This document shows positions 9,491 through 19,081 of a stretch of DNA of 52,586 bases, piece after piece. The position numbers and the translations under genes are program-made. Under the pieces are notes generated by a model. That model had not been told where the DNA came from. It did not search any database and worked only from the letters and a program-made list of their open reading frames with translations. The DNA comes from Nannocystales bacterium. GTDB taxonomy: Bacteria > Myxococcota_A > Polyangia > Nannocystales > Nannocystaceae. Numbering within the stretch: position 1 is the stretch's first letter; every line of letters starts with the position of its first letter. The stretch spans positions 1 through 52,586 of the forward strand of contig JBOEGF010000053.1 in assembly GCA_050633305.1 (NCBI GenBank). The letters are read 5' to 3'.

Positions 9491-10639
9491 ATGCAGCACA
9501 GGAGCGGGAGCCGAAAGGCCGCGGTTGGAGTCGTTTTGGGCGGGATCCTACTCTGCGGTTGCGCCGGTGGCGAGAGCGACACGGCCGGCGCGATCAATCT
9601 CACCAACGGGTTGCCGGGCGAAGACACCACCGCCACGCCGACCACCGGAACCTCAGGCGCGGGCTCGGAGACGACAGCTGCGTCGGCCGGCGAGACGACA
9701 GACTCGCCCACCACGGATCCAACGAACCCGACCGACCCCTCCGATCCCGGCTCCGCGACGAGCGGCGGAAGCACGGGTCCAACGTTGTCCTGCGTGCTCG
9801 CGGATGACTGCGACGACGCAGATCCGTGCACCGAGGACAACTGCGTCAACAGCGAGTGCGCCAACACCCCGCTCAACTGCGACGACGGGGTCGGATGCAC
9901 GGTGGACGCCTGCGACGCGGCGACGGGCACCTGCACCAACATGCCCGACGACGCGGTGTGCGATGACGCCAACCTGTGCAACGGCGAAGAGCTTTGCGAC
10001 CCCTTGTTGGACTGCTTCGGCGGCACCCCGATCACCTGCAGCGATGGCGAGGCGTGCACGCTCGACACCTGTGAACCGGCGACCGGCCTGTGCTCCGTCG
10101 AGCCGATCGACGCATGCACCAGCGGTGACGGCTGCTGTCCGGCCGGATGTTCTGCCGCAGACACCGACTGCACCTGTACCAACCTGGCCACCAGCGCGAC
10201 GGCGAGCAGCTCGGGTGGAGGAAGCGGTGGCTACGGACCTGGCGCTTGGAACGACGGCATCGCCGAAGAATCGTGTCCCGCGACCTGCCTCAGCTGCTTC
10301 GGCTGGATCTCCAACGGGCCCTCCCCTTCAGGCGCGTTCATGCAACTGGACTGGGCCACTCCCCAGCTGATCGGTTCCATGTTCATCGACGGGATCGCAG
10401 CGGGCGGCTGCCAAGCGACGTCCCGCGGCCTCGCGGGCGGCAACGTCCAGTATTGGTCGGGCGCGAGCTGGGTCACGGCCTCGACATTCGCCGGAGGATC
10501 GGGCGATCTGGAGTTCACCTTCAACCCGCCGATCACCACCACCGGGATTCGGATCTACGACGCGGTCACGCCTCCGGGCGGCAGCAACTCCTTGGCGTTC
10601 GAGTGGTATGTGTACGAGCCACTGGGATGCACTCCGTGA
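9491..10639 (+). CDS. Lipoprotein: S/T/G stalk, CDDGxxCTxDxC repeats, C-terminal discoidin/F5-8 (CBM32-like) domain
   Basis: Lipobox LCGC; repeats CDDADPCTEDNC and CDDGVGCTVDAC; NLATSATASS..LDW..VQYW..TTGIRIY. Confidence 0.8.
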   Translation: MQHRSGSRKAAVGVVLGGILLCGCAGGESDTAGAINLTNGLPGEDTTATPTTGTSGAGSETTAASAGETTDSPTTDPTNPTDPSDPGSATSGGSTGPTLSCVLADDCDDADPCTEDNCVNSECANTPLNCDDGVGCTVDACDAATGTCTNMPDDAVCDDANLCNGEELCDPLLDCFGGTPITCSDGEACTLDTCEPATGLCSVEPIDACTSGDGCCPAGCSAADTDCTCTNLATSATASSSGGGSGGYGPGAWNDGIAEESCPATCLSCFGWISNGPSPSGAFMQLDWATPQLIGSMFIDGIAAGGCQATSRGLAGGNVQYWSGASWVTASTFAGGSGDLEFTFNPPITTTGIRIYDAVTPPGGSNSLAFEWYVYEPLGCTP

Positions 10640-12123
10640 CCGACACTTCCACCCCTGGCGAAGACCTGCTCGACCGTCTCATCGCGCTCGTTCAACAAGG
10701 CGACGACGACGCGCTGCAGCAGCTCTGTCTCGAGCACCGCGGACACATCGAACGAGAGTTTCGGGCGTGGAAGACCGTCCCCCCCGCCTGGCGGGAGGAC
10801 CGAAGCTCCCTCGACCAGTACGTCGCCGGATTGCTGGGCATCGCCCGCGTGTTCGCCAACACCCTCGGGCGTCCGGACCTCCTCGAGCACTTGATGGGTC
10901 GCGACCGCGCCGAGGGAGAGACGGGTCCGCTGGAGCGCTGGCATGACGGCCTCGAGTCCGCGCAGGCGCTCCTCGACGAGGGAAAACACCGCGAAGCCGC
11001 CACGATGCTCCAGGGCATCGTCGACGAAACCGAAGGCGTGCGCGGCAGCTGGGTCGATGAGTACCTCCCCGTCACCTTGGGCATGCTCGGTGGCGCCTAC
11101 TTCAACGCGGGCTTGGTCGAGCGCGCCTCCGATCCCACGTCGCGGGCGCTGGGGATGTGCAGAGAGACCGAGGACGAAGAAGGGACCGTCGCGTACCTCA
11201 CCAACCTGCACGAGATTCGCCGCTACCTGGGCGAAGCCGAAGATGCCGCGACCCTCGCGCGAGCGCTCGCGGACCGCATCGAGACCGAAGACGCCCCCCG
11301 TGCCCGCCGTATGCGGACCCGCGCCCGCATCATCGACCACGGCGAGCCCTTGCTGCGCGTTGTGGTGCTGCCTCCCGACGGCAGCGGCCCGGTCGAGCTC
11401 GACGAACTCGATCTCCTCTCCCCTCTCGAGGACGACACCGACTCGCTCTTGGGCGGCCTCCGGTTCGCGTTCGAACGCAACCGGGTGACCCTGGGAGGCT
11501 GCAGCGACCGCCTGGAATCAGGACGCGAGTTCGCGACCCATGGTCGGCTCTCCGAAGCCGTCGCGATGTTCGAGGCCGCCGCAGAGGTCGACCCCTGGGC
11601 CCCGGACCCGCCCTACCTTCGCGGCCTCGCGCTGGCTGAGCTCGGGGAGTTCGACCATGCCCTCGCAGCGTACGAACGAGTCCACGAGCTGGCACCTGGC
11701 TGGCACCGCGTCGAAGAAGACCGTGCGCTGGTCTCCGCGATTGCAAACGGGGCGCTCGCCCCCGACATCCTCAACATCGTGCGCGAGATCGAGGATGGGC
11801 CTCGCACGCCCCGCGCCAAGATCGCTGTCGCCCTCGGTGCCATCGAGCGTTTTCCCAAGCTCGCACGCCTGCACTTCGCGCTCGGCCGAGCGTACTGGTC
11901 GCTCGACGAGCACGACGAGGCTCGCGAAGCATGGCGCATGGCCCTCGACCACGCCGACAACGCCAGCATTCGCACGCGGGCGCTCGCCGAGCTGGGCGCG
12001 ACGGCGCTCGACTCCGACGAGGGCGTTCGCGACCTGCACCGCGCCATCGAAGAAGACGGTGAGTTGGTGGCCGCGGCCATGGCCCGGGTCCTGCTCTACC
12101 TCCGCCCCAAAGCCTCGCACTGA
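10636..12123 (+). CDS. Tetratricopeptide repeat protein
   Basis: GTG overlaps the upstream stop (GTGA); TPR motifs PPYLRGLALAELGEFDHALAAYERVHELAP and LHFALGRAY. Confidence 0.8.
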   Translation: MTDTSTPGEDLLDRLIALVQQGDDDALQQLCLEHRGHIEREFRAWKTVPPAWREDRSSLDQYVAGLLGIARVFANTLGRPDLLEHLMGRDRAEGETGPLERWHDGLESAQALLDEGKHREAATMLQGIVDETEGVRGSWVDEYLPVTLGMLGGAYFNAGLVERASDPTSRALGMCRETEDEEGTVAYLTNLHEIRRYLGEAEDAATLARALADRIETEDAPRARRMRTRARIIDHGEPLLRVVVLPPDGSGPVELDELDLLSPLEDDTDSLLGGLRFAFERNRVTLGGCSDRLESGREFATHGRLSEAVAMFEAAAEVDPWAPDPPYLRGLALAELGEFDHALAAYERVHELAPGWHRVEEDRALVSAIANGALAPDILNIVREIEDGPRTPRAKIAVALGAIERFPKLARLHFALGRAYWSLDEHDEAREAWRMALDHADNASIRTRALAELGATALDSDEGVRDLHRAIEEDGELVAAAMARVLLYLRPKASH

Positions 12124-12150
12124 CCTCCGCGCAGCCGTTACCCTCGGCGC

Positions 12151-13947
12151 ATGCGGATTGCGACGATCAACTGCGGCAGCTCCTCGCTCAAGGCCGATGT
12201 CCTCGACAGCTCGACGGGCGAGCGATTGCTTCGGCTGCGAGCGGAGCGAGTCGGGGGTGCCGAGGCATCGGTTCGCTGGGACGACGCCCCACCCCAGCCG
12301 CTGGGCAGCCGTCCGCTTGAAGATGTCCTCGGGCAACTGCTCCCTGCGCTCTTCGAGCGGGCCGGGGCCGTCGACGCGGTCGGCCATCGCGTCGTGCACG
12401 GAGGCGAGCATTTCGTCCGCCCCACGCTGATCGACGACGCCGTCGCACAAGCGATCGAGGCCCTCACGCCGCTGGCCCCCCTGCACAACCCGGCCAACCA
12501 CGCGGGCATCCTCGCCGCGCGTCTCGCCCTCCCCGGCGTCCCGCACGTCGCGGTCTTCGACACCGCGTTTCACACCACGCTGCCGGCCCGCGCTCGACAC
12601 TACGCCATCGACCCCACCCTCCTCCCCCAGGCCCGCCGATATGGGTTCCATGGGACAAGCCACGGCTACGTCGCTCGGACCGCGGCTGCGGCCTTGGAGA
12701 CCCCGCTCGAAGAGCTGCGGGTGATCACCTGCCACCTAGGGAACGGCGCCAGCATCTGCGCGGTGGAAAACGGACGGAGCGTGGAGACGAGCATGGGGAT
12801 GACCCCGCTCGAAGGGCTGGTCATGGGCACCCGCAGCGGCGACCTCGACCCCGGTCTGGTCCTGCAGCTGCTCCGCAATGGGCGGGACCTCGACACCGTG
12901 GACGCGCTGCTCAACCGCAACAGTGGCTTGGCCGGGGTATCCGGCACCTCCGGGGACATGCGCGACATCGAGAACCGCGCTGCCGAAGGCGACGAGCGGT
13001 GCCGGCTGGCGCTCAAGCTGTTCGCGCATCGTCTCCGCAAGTACATTGGGGCGTACGCGGCGACGATGGGAGGCGTGGATGCGATCGTGTTCACCGCCGG
13101 CATCGGTGAGAACAGCCCCGGGATTCGCCATCGTGTCGCCCAGCGCCTCGACTTCCTGGGTGCGCGCCTCGATGAGGACCTCAACCGCGACGCCAAGGTC
13201 GCGGCTCAAACTCCGGTCTTCGACATCTCCGACCCCACCTCGCGGGTCAAGCTGCTGGTCGTCGCCACCGACGAGGCACGCGCCATCGCCGAGCACACCG
13301 CGGCCATCGCCGAGCACGAGGATGACGTCACAGAGGCGAGGACGATCCCCATCGCGGTGTCCGCTCGACACATCCACCTCACCCAGGAGGCGGTCGAGGC
13401 CTTGTTCGGTCCCGGACACCAGCTGACCCCCCGCAACGACCTCTCGCAACCGGGGCAGTTCGCGTGCGAAGAGACGCTCACCGTCGTCGGCCCCAAGCGC
13501 TCGTTGGAGAAGGTGCGCGTCCTTGGGCCCACACGCCCGAAGAACCAGATCGAGGTGTCGCGGACCGACGAGTTCTGGCTGGGCGTCGACGCTCCCGTGC
13601 GCCGCTCCGGGCACGTCGCCAACTCGCCCGGCGTGACGCTGCAAGGGCCCGCAGGCAGCCTCACGCTGACCGAGGGCCTGATCTGCGCAGCGCGGCACAT
13701 CCACATGACCCCGCAGGACGCCGAGGACTTCGGGGTCGACAACGGCGACATCGTCGAGGTTCGAGTCAACTCGGAGGACCGAGACCTCGTGTTCGGCGAT
13801 GTCTTGATTCGGGTCTCGCCCAAGTACGCGCTGGAGATGCACGTCGACACCGACGAGGCGAACGCAGCCGAGCTCTCTCGCCGCGACGAAGGCATGCTCG
13901 TGGCAACCAAAGGAACAGCCCGCCTCACCCACCGCGAGCGGAGGTGA
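12151..13947 (+). CDS. ackA: Acetate/propionate kinase fused to C-terminal PduL phosphotransacylase
   Basis: AckA motifs NCGSSSLK, GHRVVHGG, APLHN, FDTAFH, RYGFHGTSH, HLGNGAS, FTAGIGEN. PduL from ~13345: VSARHIHL, LSQPGQFA, RVLGP, AARHIHM, HVDTDEANA. Confidence 0.93.
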   Translation: MRIATINCGSSSLKADVLDSSTGERLLRLRAERVGGAEASVRWDDAPPQPLGSRPLEDVLGQLLPALFERAGAVDAVGHRVVHGGEHFVRPTLIDDAVAQAIEALTPLAPLHNPANHAGILAARLALPGVPHVAVFDTAFHTTLPARARHYAIDPTLLPQARRYGFHGTSHGYVARTAAAALETPLEELRVITCHLGNGASICAVENGRSVETSMGMTPLEGLVMGTRSGDLDPGLVLQLLRNGRDLDTVDALLNRNSGLAGVSGTSGDMRDIENRAAEGDERCRLALKLFAHRLRKYIGAYAATMGGVDAIVFTAGIGENSPGIRHRVAQRLDFLGARLDEDLNRDAKVAAQTPVFDISDPTSRVKLLVVATDEARAIAEHTAAIAEHEDDVTEARTIPIAVSARHIHLTQEAVEALFGPGHQLTPRNDLSQPGQFACEETLTVVGPKRSLEKVRVLGPTRPKNQIEVSRTDEFWLGVDAPVRRSGHVANSPGVTLQGPAGSLTLTEGLICAARHIHMTPQDAEDFGVDNGDIVEVRVNSEDRDLVFGDVLIRVSPKYALEMHVDTDEANAAELSRRDEGMLVATKGTARLTHRERR

Positions 13948-13993
13948 CACGGGCTGCCTGCCCATCTGACGATGGGTGGAGGGAGCGTTCGGT

Positions 13994-14935
13994 TCAGGCG
14001 CCTGGCTTGACGAACTTGAGCGTCATTCGGTCGCTCTCGCCGATCGCCATGTACTTCTCGCGGTCCTTGTCCTTCTCGGTGAGCGAAGGAGGCAGGGTCC
14101 ACACGCCCTTGTCGTAGTCCTTGGTGTCCTTGGCGTTGGCGTTGATCTCGGACTTCTCCGCGAGCTCAAAGCCAGCCTTCTTGGCAGCATCGATCACTGT
14201 CGCTTCGGGCAGGTAGCCCAACTTCGAGGTGGTGCTAGGGTCGGCACCTTCGGCTGCCCGGTGCTGGACCACACCGAACACACCACCAGGACGCAGCACG
14301 TCGAACGCGGCCTTGTAGACCAGGTCGATCGCCTCGCGGTTGTACAAGCCGTGACTGCTGCGGAAGGTCAGGACAGCGTCGGCCGAGCCTGCCTCGCCCA
14401 GGTCCATTGCATTGATCTTGATGCTTTTGACCTTGCCCTCGTCGCCGAGCACGATCGCGTTGTCGACGTAGACCGCCTTCATGTTGCCGAACAGCTCGGC
14501 CTCGTTCTTCTGCCGCTCCAGCATGGCCTTGGCCTGCCGCGTCCCGTAGTAGGACTCGGGTCCAGCGGGGTCCGCAATGGAAACGGTGAGCTGTCCGTCC
14601 GCGTTGAGCAGCGGGGCCAGCACTTCGGTGTACCAGCCACCGCCGGGCGCAAGCTCGACGACCTTCGAGGTTGGCGTGATCCCGAAGAACTGCAGGGTTT
14701 CCTTCGGGTGGCGGTACTGGTCGCGAGCCTTGTTGTCATCCGAGCGGTGGGCACCTTCGAGCGCGCTCGCCCAAGCGTCGACCACAGGCGCGGCCTCATC
14801 AACGACATCAGCGGCGGCCGGTGCCGGCGTGTCGGGCGTGGCGGGCATCGCCGTATCGGGGGACTGCTTGTCGCAGGCCATCGCGGCGGTCATCGTCAGC
14901 AGAGCGAGTCCGAACAATACGCGGGTCGGTTGCAT
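13994..14935 (-). CDS. Lipoprotein class I SAM-dependent methyltransferase-like protein (COG4798-like)
   Basis: ATG at 14935, lipobox AMAC; RDQYRHPKETLQFFG, VVELAPGGGWYT, SEINANAKD, VWTLPP, IGESDRMTLKF. Confidence 0.85.
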   Translation of the reverse strand: MQPTRVLFGLALLTMTAAMACDKQSPDTAMPATPDTPAPAAADVVDEAAPVVDAWASALEGAHRSDDNKARDQYRHPKETLQFFGITPTSKVVELAPGGGWYTEVLAPLLNADGQLTVSIADPAGPESYYGTRQAKAMLERQKNEAELFGNMKAVYVDNAIVLGDEGKVKSIKINAMDLGEAGSADAVLTFRSSHGLYNREAIDLVYKAAFDVLRPGGVFGVVQHRAAEGADPSTTSKLGYLPEATVIDAAKKAGFELAEKSEINANAKDTKDYDKGVWTLPPSLTEKDKDREKYMAIGESDRMTLKFVKPGA

Positions 14936-15236
14936 GGGGCCGGAGGGTACTTGGCCTTGGCGCCGCTGGCAGCGCGGAGATCGGATCCTCCCCCTCGCTC
15001 CACTGAGTTCAGGAATGCGGCCGCCGCCTGTCACATTCCTGAACCGCCTGGTGAAATTCGGGTGAGGCCTCGACATGGATCCTCAGTCCGTCCCGGAGTT
15101 TTGCCAAAACCGTAATCTGTTGGCCAAAGACACCAATTGCGGACCATTCCCCCCATGTGGCAGGTTGAAACCAGAAGGGCGACGCGTTGCATTCTGAGTT
15201 TGGAATGCATGCGACGCGCCCTGGCGGAGCTGTGTC

Positions 15237-17579
15237 ATGAAGAGGTGGGGAGACGTTGGAACGATTGTGATCGCGGCGAGCCTGATCTCGGGCTGCTACG
15301 CGGGGATCGGGACCGGAGGAGACGACGACGGAGACGGCCCAGGAGCCGACTCTGAGGGCGAATCCGACAGCAGTGACGACTCTGGGGACAGCGGCGACGA
15401 GCCGGAGCCCCAACAGCCCGAGGAGGAGTGCGTGGATACGCGCAACTACTTCGAAGAGGAGATCTGGCGACCTGTGCTCCAGGCCGACTGCTTCGGCTGC
15501 CACAACCCGGAGGGCGAAGCCAAGGACACCGACCTCGTCCTTCAGGGCAACGACTACCCAGGCTACCTCGAGGCCAACTACAACACGGTTCAGAACGTCT
15601 CCCGGCTCGAGATCGACGGCACCAGCTTGATGCTGCTCAAGCCCTCGGCACAGGTCGAGCACACCGGCGGCTCCCGATTCCAGGCCGACTCCGACCTCTA
15701 CGCCACGATGGAGGAGATGATCTCGCGCTTCGATGCGCCGGTCCACTGTGTCAACGACAAGGACATCGAGGCCTACTTCGACGGCATCGTCGAACTCGAC
15801 GAGGAAGAGACGCTCCGCAAAGCCACCTTCCTCCTCGCATCGCGCTACCCCACCGCGGAAGAGTACGAAGCTGTCCGTGGTGAAGGCATGGATGCCCTCG
15901 ACCCCGTCCTCGACGAGATTCTGTCGGAGGAGGCGTTCTACGTTCGCATCCAGGAGATCTACAACGACCTGATGCACACCGATGCGCTGCTCGACGGAGA
16001 CACGGCGATCGACGCACTCGACGAGGACCGCTTCCCCAACAAGCGCTGGTACGACGAACTCCCCGACGACGAGCAGAACGCCAACCGAGACCTGGCGAAC
16101 GATGCGGTGGGAAAAGAGCCGCTGCACATCATCGAGCACATCCTTCGCGAAGGCCGTCCATTCACCGAGGTCATCACCGGCGACTGGACGATCGTCACCC
16201 CGTACTCCGCGCGGAGCTACGACATCCCGCTGAGCATCTTCGCCGACCCGAACGACCCCGACGAGCTTGTCGAGTACAGCTTCGAGGAGCTCCCACAGGC
16301 CGGGGTGCTGAGCACGCCTTCGTTCCTTGCTCGCTACCCCTCCACGCCGACAAACCGCAACCGGCATCGCTCGAAGATCGTCTACGACTTCTTCTTCGCC
16401 ACGGACCTGATGCGATTGGCCGCGCGCCCCATCGACGCCAGCTCCATCGCGGCGCACAACCCGACGCTGAACAACGCGCAGTGCACGGTTTGCCACGAGA
16501 ACATGGACCCGCTCGCCGGTGCATTCCAAAACTGGAATGACCTTGGACACTACGACCCACCCGCGGAGGGCTGGTATCCCGACATGGCGCCTCCGGGATT
16601 CGCGGACACCGAGATTCCTTACGAGGAAAGTGGCCGCGCACTTCAGTGGCTCACCGAGCAACTGGTCGTCGACGACAAGTTCGCGCTCTCGGTCGTCCAC
16701 ACGCTGTACACCGGCCTCACCGGGCACGAACGGCTCCTCGAACCTCTGGATGCCGATCACCCGGACTACGTCCACCAGATCGCGGCGTTCGAGGCTCAGG
16801 ACTACACGTTCAAGAACATCGCGCGCGAGTTCTCCGAGAGTGGGTTCGAGCTCCGCGTCGCCATCAAGGGCTTGGTGAAGTCGACCTGGTTCCGCGCAGT
16901 GTCGCTGGAACGAGACGCGGGCACCGCGCGCTACAAGAAGCTGGCGCCCATGGGAACCGCCCGGCTTCTGTCCCCCGAAGCTCTGGATCGCCGCATCACC
17001 GCGTCGGTCGGCTTCGCTTGGGAACGCGGAGACACCAACGTGCTGCGCAACACCTACCGATTCTTCTACGGCGGCATCGACTCGATTCAGACCACCACCC
17101 GTCTCACCGACATGAACGGTGTGATGGCGAACATCGCCGAGCGCATGGCCAACGAGGTCAGCTGCAACGCGACGGCCTTCGACTTCACCCGGCCCGCGGA
17201 CGAGCGCCTGCTCTTCCCCAACGTCGAGATCACCGACCTTCCCAACGAAGGCGACGCAGCGGCTGAGACCGCGATTCGAGACAACATCGTCTACCTGCAC
17301 CAGCACCTACTCGGAGAGCGGCTGGCCTCGGACAGCTCCGAGATCGAGCGGACCGTGCAGCTCTTCAACACGGTGTACGAGCACGGACACACCGACCTCC
17401 TCAGCGAATCCTCCAACTACTCGGTCGCCCTGCCTTCACCGTGCCGAGCGTCCACCGACCGCATCACAGGCGCGGAGCTGGGCGAGGCAGCCCTCACCGA
17501 CGACCCCGACTACACCGTCCGCGCTTGGATGGCCGTGGTCAGCTACCTCCTTGGAGACTTCGGCTTCCTCTACGAGTAG
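15237..17579 (+). CDS. DUF1588/DUF1592-like c-type cytochrome lipoprotein
   Basis: Lipobox ISGC; CFGCH and CTVCHENMDPLAGAFQN motifs; AGVLSTPSFLARYP..NRHR. Confidence 0.8.
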   Translation: MKRWGDVGTIVIAASLISGCYAGIGTGGDDDGDGPGADSEGESDSSDDSGDSGDEPEPQQPEEECVDTRNYFEEEIWRPVLQADCFGCHNPEGEAKDTDLVLQGNDYPGYLEANYNTVQNVSRLEIDGTSLMLLKPSAQVEHTGGSRFQADSDLYATMEEMISRFDAPVHCVNDKDIEAYFDGIVELDEEETLRKATFLLASRYPTAEEYEAVRGEGMDALDPVLDEILSEEAFYVRIQEIYNDLMHTDALLDGDTAIDALDEDRFPNKRWYDELPDDEQNANRDLANDAVGKEPLHIIEHILREGRPFTEVITGDWTIVTPYSARSYDIPLSIFADPNDPDELVEYSFEELPQAGVLSTPSFLARYPSTPTNRNRHRSKIVYDFFFATDLMRLAARPIDASSIAAHNPTLNNAQCTVCHENMDPLAGAFQNWNDLGHYDPPAEGWYPDMAPPGFADTEIPYEESGRALQWLTEQLVVDDKFALSVVHTLYTGLTGHERLLEPLDADHPDYVHQIAAFEAQDYTFKNIAREFSESGFELRVAIKGLVKSTWFRAVSLERDAGTARYKKLAPMGTARLLSPEALDRRITASVGFAWERGDTNVLRNTYRFFYGGIDSIQTTTRLTDMNGVMANIAERMANEVSCNATAFDFTRPADERLLFPNVEITDLPNEGDAAAETAIRDNIVYLHQHLLGERLASDSSEIERTVQLFNTVYEHGHTDLLSESSNYSVALPSPCRASTDRITGAELGEAALTDDPDYTVRAWMAVVSYLLGDFGFLYE

Positions 17580-17633
17580 GGACGCACGACGCTCTGCGAG
17601 CACCACGAACGAGACGACACGAAAAGGAGGCGG

Positions 17634-18935
17634 ATGATGGGACACAAGAGATTCGACCGACGGGGATTCATGAAGCTGGCGGGGGGCATGGGAATGGGCG
17701 TCGCGATGACGCCCTGGCTCAGCGAGGCGTTTGCAGACGGATCGGGCGTGGGCGCACCACCGCGTCCACAAGCCGGAGGCAGCGCCAACGGACCTCTGGT
17801 GGTCCAGCTGATCGCTTCGGGTGGTTGGGACCCGACCCTGGTCTGTGACCCCAAAGGCAACGCGCTCAACCAAGCGTTCGGCGAAGGGGACATCCTCACC
17901 GCGGGGAACATCAACTACGCGCCGATCCCTGGCGCGACGGAGTTCTGGGACACCCACTACCAGAAGACGCTGGTGCTCAACGGCGTCGACATGAAGACCA
18001 ACAGCCACGCCGCAGGGCAGCGGTACATGGCCAGCGGTCGGTTGGGCGAAGGCTTCCCGAGCATCTCCGCAGTCGCGGCCGGCTTCGCGGCCCCCGAGCT
18101 GCCGATGTCGTACCTCAGCTTTGGCGGCTACGACCGCACCGCGGGGTTGGTCGCCCCGACCCGCAACCTCGACTCCAACCGACTCGCCGAGCTCGCGCAC
18201 CCCGACCGCACCAACGGAGCGAACGAAAACAGCGAGACCTATCACGCCGACGCCGTCCAGACCGTCATCCGCCACGCGCGGCAGAACCGGGCCGAGGCCC
18301 AGCTGGCAAAGCAACGCCTGCCCCGCTACGACGCCAGCATGGACAGCATGCTGACGGCACGCATGGGTGCAGACCAGCTTCAGCTCCTCGAAGAAGTCCT
18401 GCCCACGCCCAACGGCAACGGCGACTTCCGCCGCATCGAGCTGCTCGTCGCCGCATACAAGGCTGGCATCTGCGTGGCGGGCAACCTCTCCCGCGGTGGA
18501 TTCGACACCCACGACGACCACGACAACCGCCACATCCCACGCCTGACCGAGGTCTACGGCATGCTCAACTTCTTGTGGGAAGAGGCCGAGCGCCAAGGCG
18601 TCGCGGACAGCCTCATCGTCGTCGTCGGGTCCGACTTCGGCCGAACGCCGAACTACAACGCCGACAACGGCAAGGACCACTGGTCGATCAGCTCGATGAT
18701 GGTCATGGGTGCCGGGGTCGAGGGAAACCGGGTGCTCGGAGCCACCGACGAAGGACACAACTCGCTCGCGCTCGACCCCGAGACGTTGGAGGTCGCGGCG
18801 GACGACGCCGAAGTCACCGCAAAGATCAGCCCCGACCACGTGCACGCGAACGTGCGACGGCTGCTGGGCATCGACGGCAGCGACATCGACGAGCAGTTCT
18901 TCCTGCCGGTCGACCACGAGCTCAACCTGCTCTAG
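17634..18935 (+). CDS. DUF1501-family Tat-exported protein
   Basis: GGAGG SD; Tat motif DRRGFMK; GGWDP, GGFDTH, SDFGRTP, GKDHW. Confidence 0.88.
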   Translation: MMGHKRFDRRGFMKLAGGMGMGVAMTPWLSEAFADGSGVGAPPRPQAGGSANGPLVVQLIASGGWDPTLVCDPKGNALNQAFGEGDILTAGNINYAPIPGATEFWDTHYQKTLVLNGVDMKTNSHAAGQRYMASGRLGEGFPSISAVAAGFAAPELPMSYLSFGGYDRTAGLVAPTRNLDSNRLAELAHPDRTNGANENSETYHADAVQTVIRHARQNRAEAQLAKQRLPRYDASMDSMLTARMGADQLQLLEEVLPTPNGNGDFRRIELLVAAYKAGICVAGNLSRGGFDTHDDHDNRHIPRLTEVYGMLNFLWEEAERQGVADSLIVVVGSDFGRTPNYNADNGKDHWSISSMMVMGAGVEGNRVLGATDEGHNSLALDPETLEVAADDAEVTAKISPDHVHANVRRLLGIDGSDIDEQFFLPVDHELNLL

Positions 18936-18939
18936 TTCG

Positions 18940-19002
18940 GGGCCGACCCCGGCCCCCCCACCCATCGCCGACGCGCTCCGCCCCTTGGAGTTCGTCGGCG
19001 AT
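18940..19002 (+). terminator. Tandem GC-rich hairpins after the DUF1501 gene
   Basis: GGGGCCG/CGGCCCC stem, then ATCGCCGACG (18964-73) paired with CGTCGGCGAT (18993-19002). No strong U-tract. Confidence 0.45.
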
Positions 19003-19081
19003 TCGCCTTCTGCGTTCGCTGTTGGGCTGCAGCCTCGACCGCGAACCAAACGGCGCGGACACGGCTGCTAGCCTGTCGGCG

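Noticed and set aside
15009..17306. Long antisense ORFs (e.g. 15009-17306, 17436-19049, 22987-24705, 25892-27688, 33665-35299, 38777-40897)
   Set aside because: They mirror motif-bearing genes on the opposite strand. Stop-poor antisense frames are expected in high-GC DNA, and they carry no recognisable motifs.
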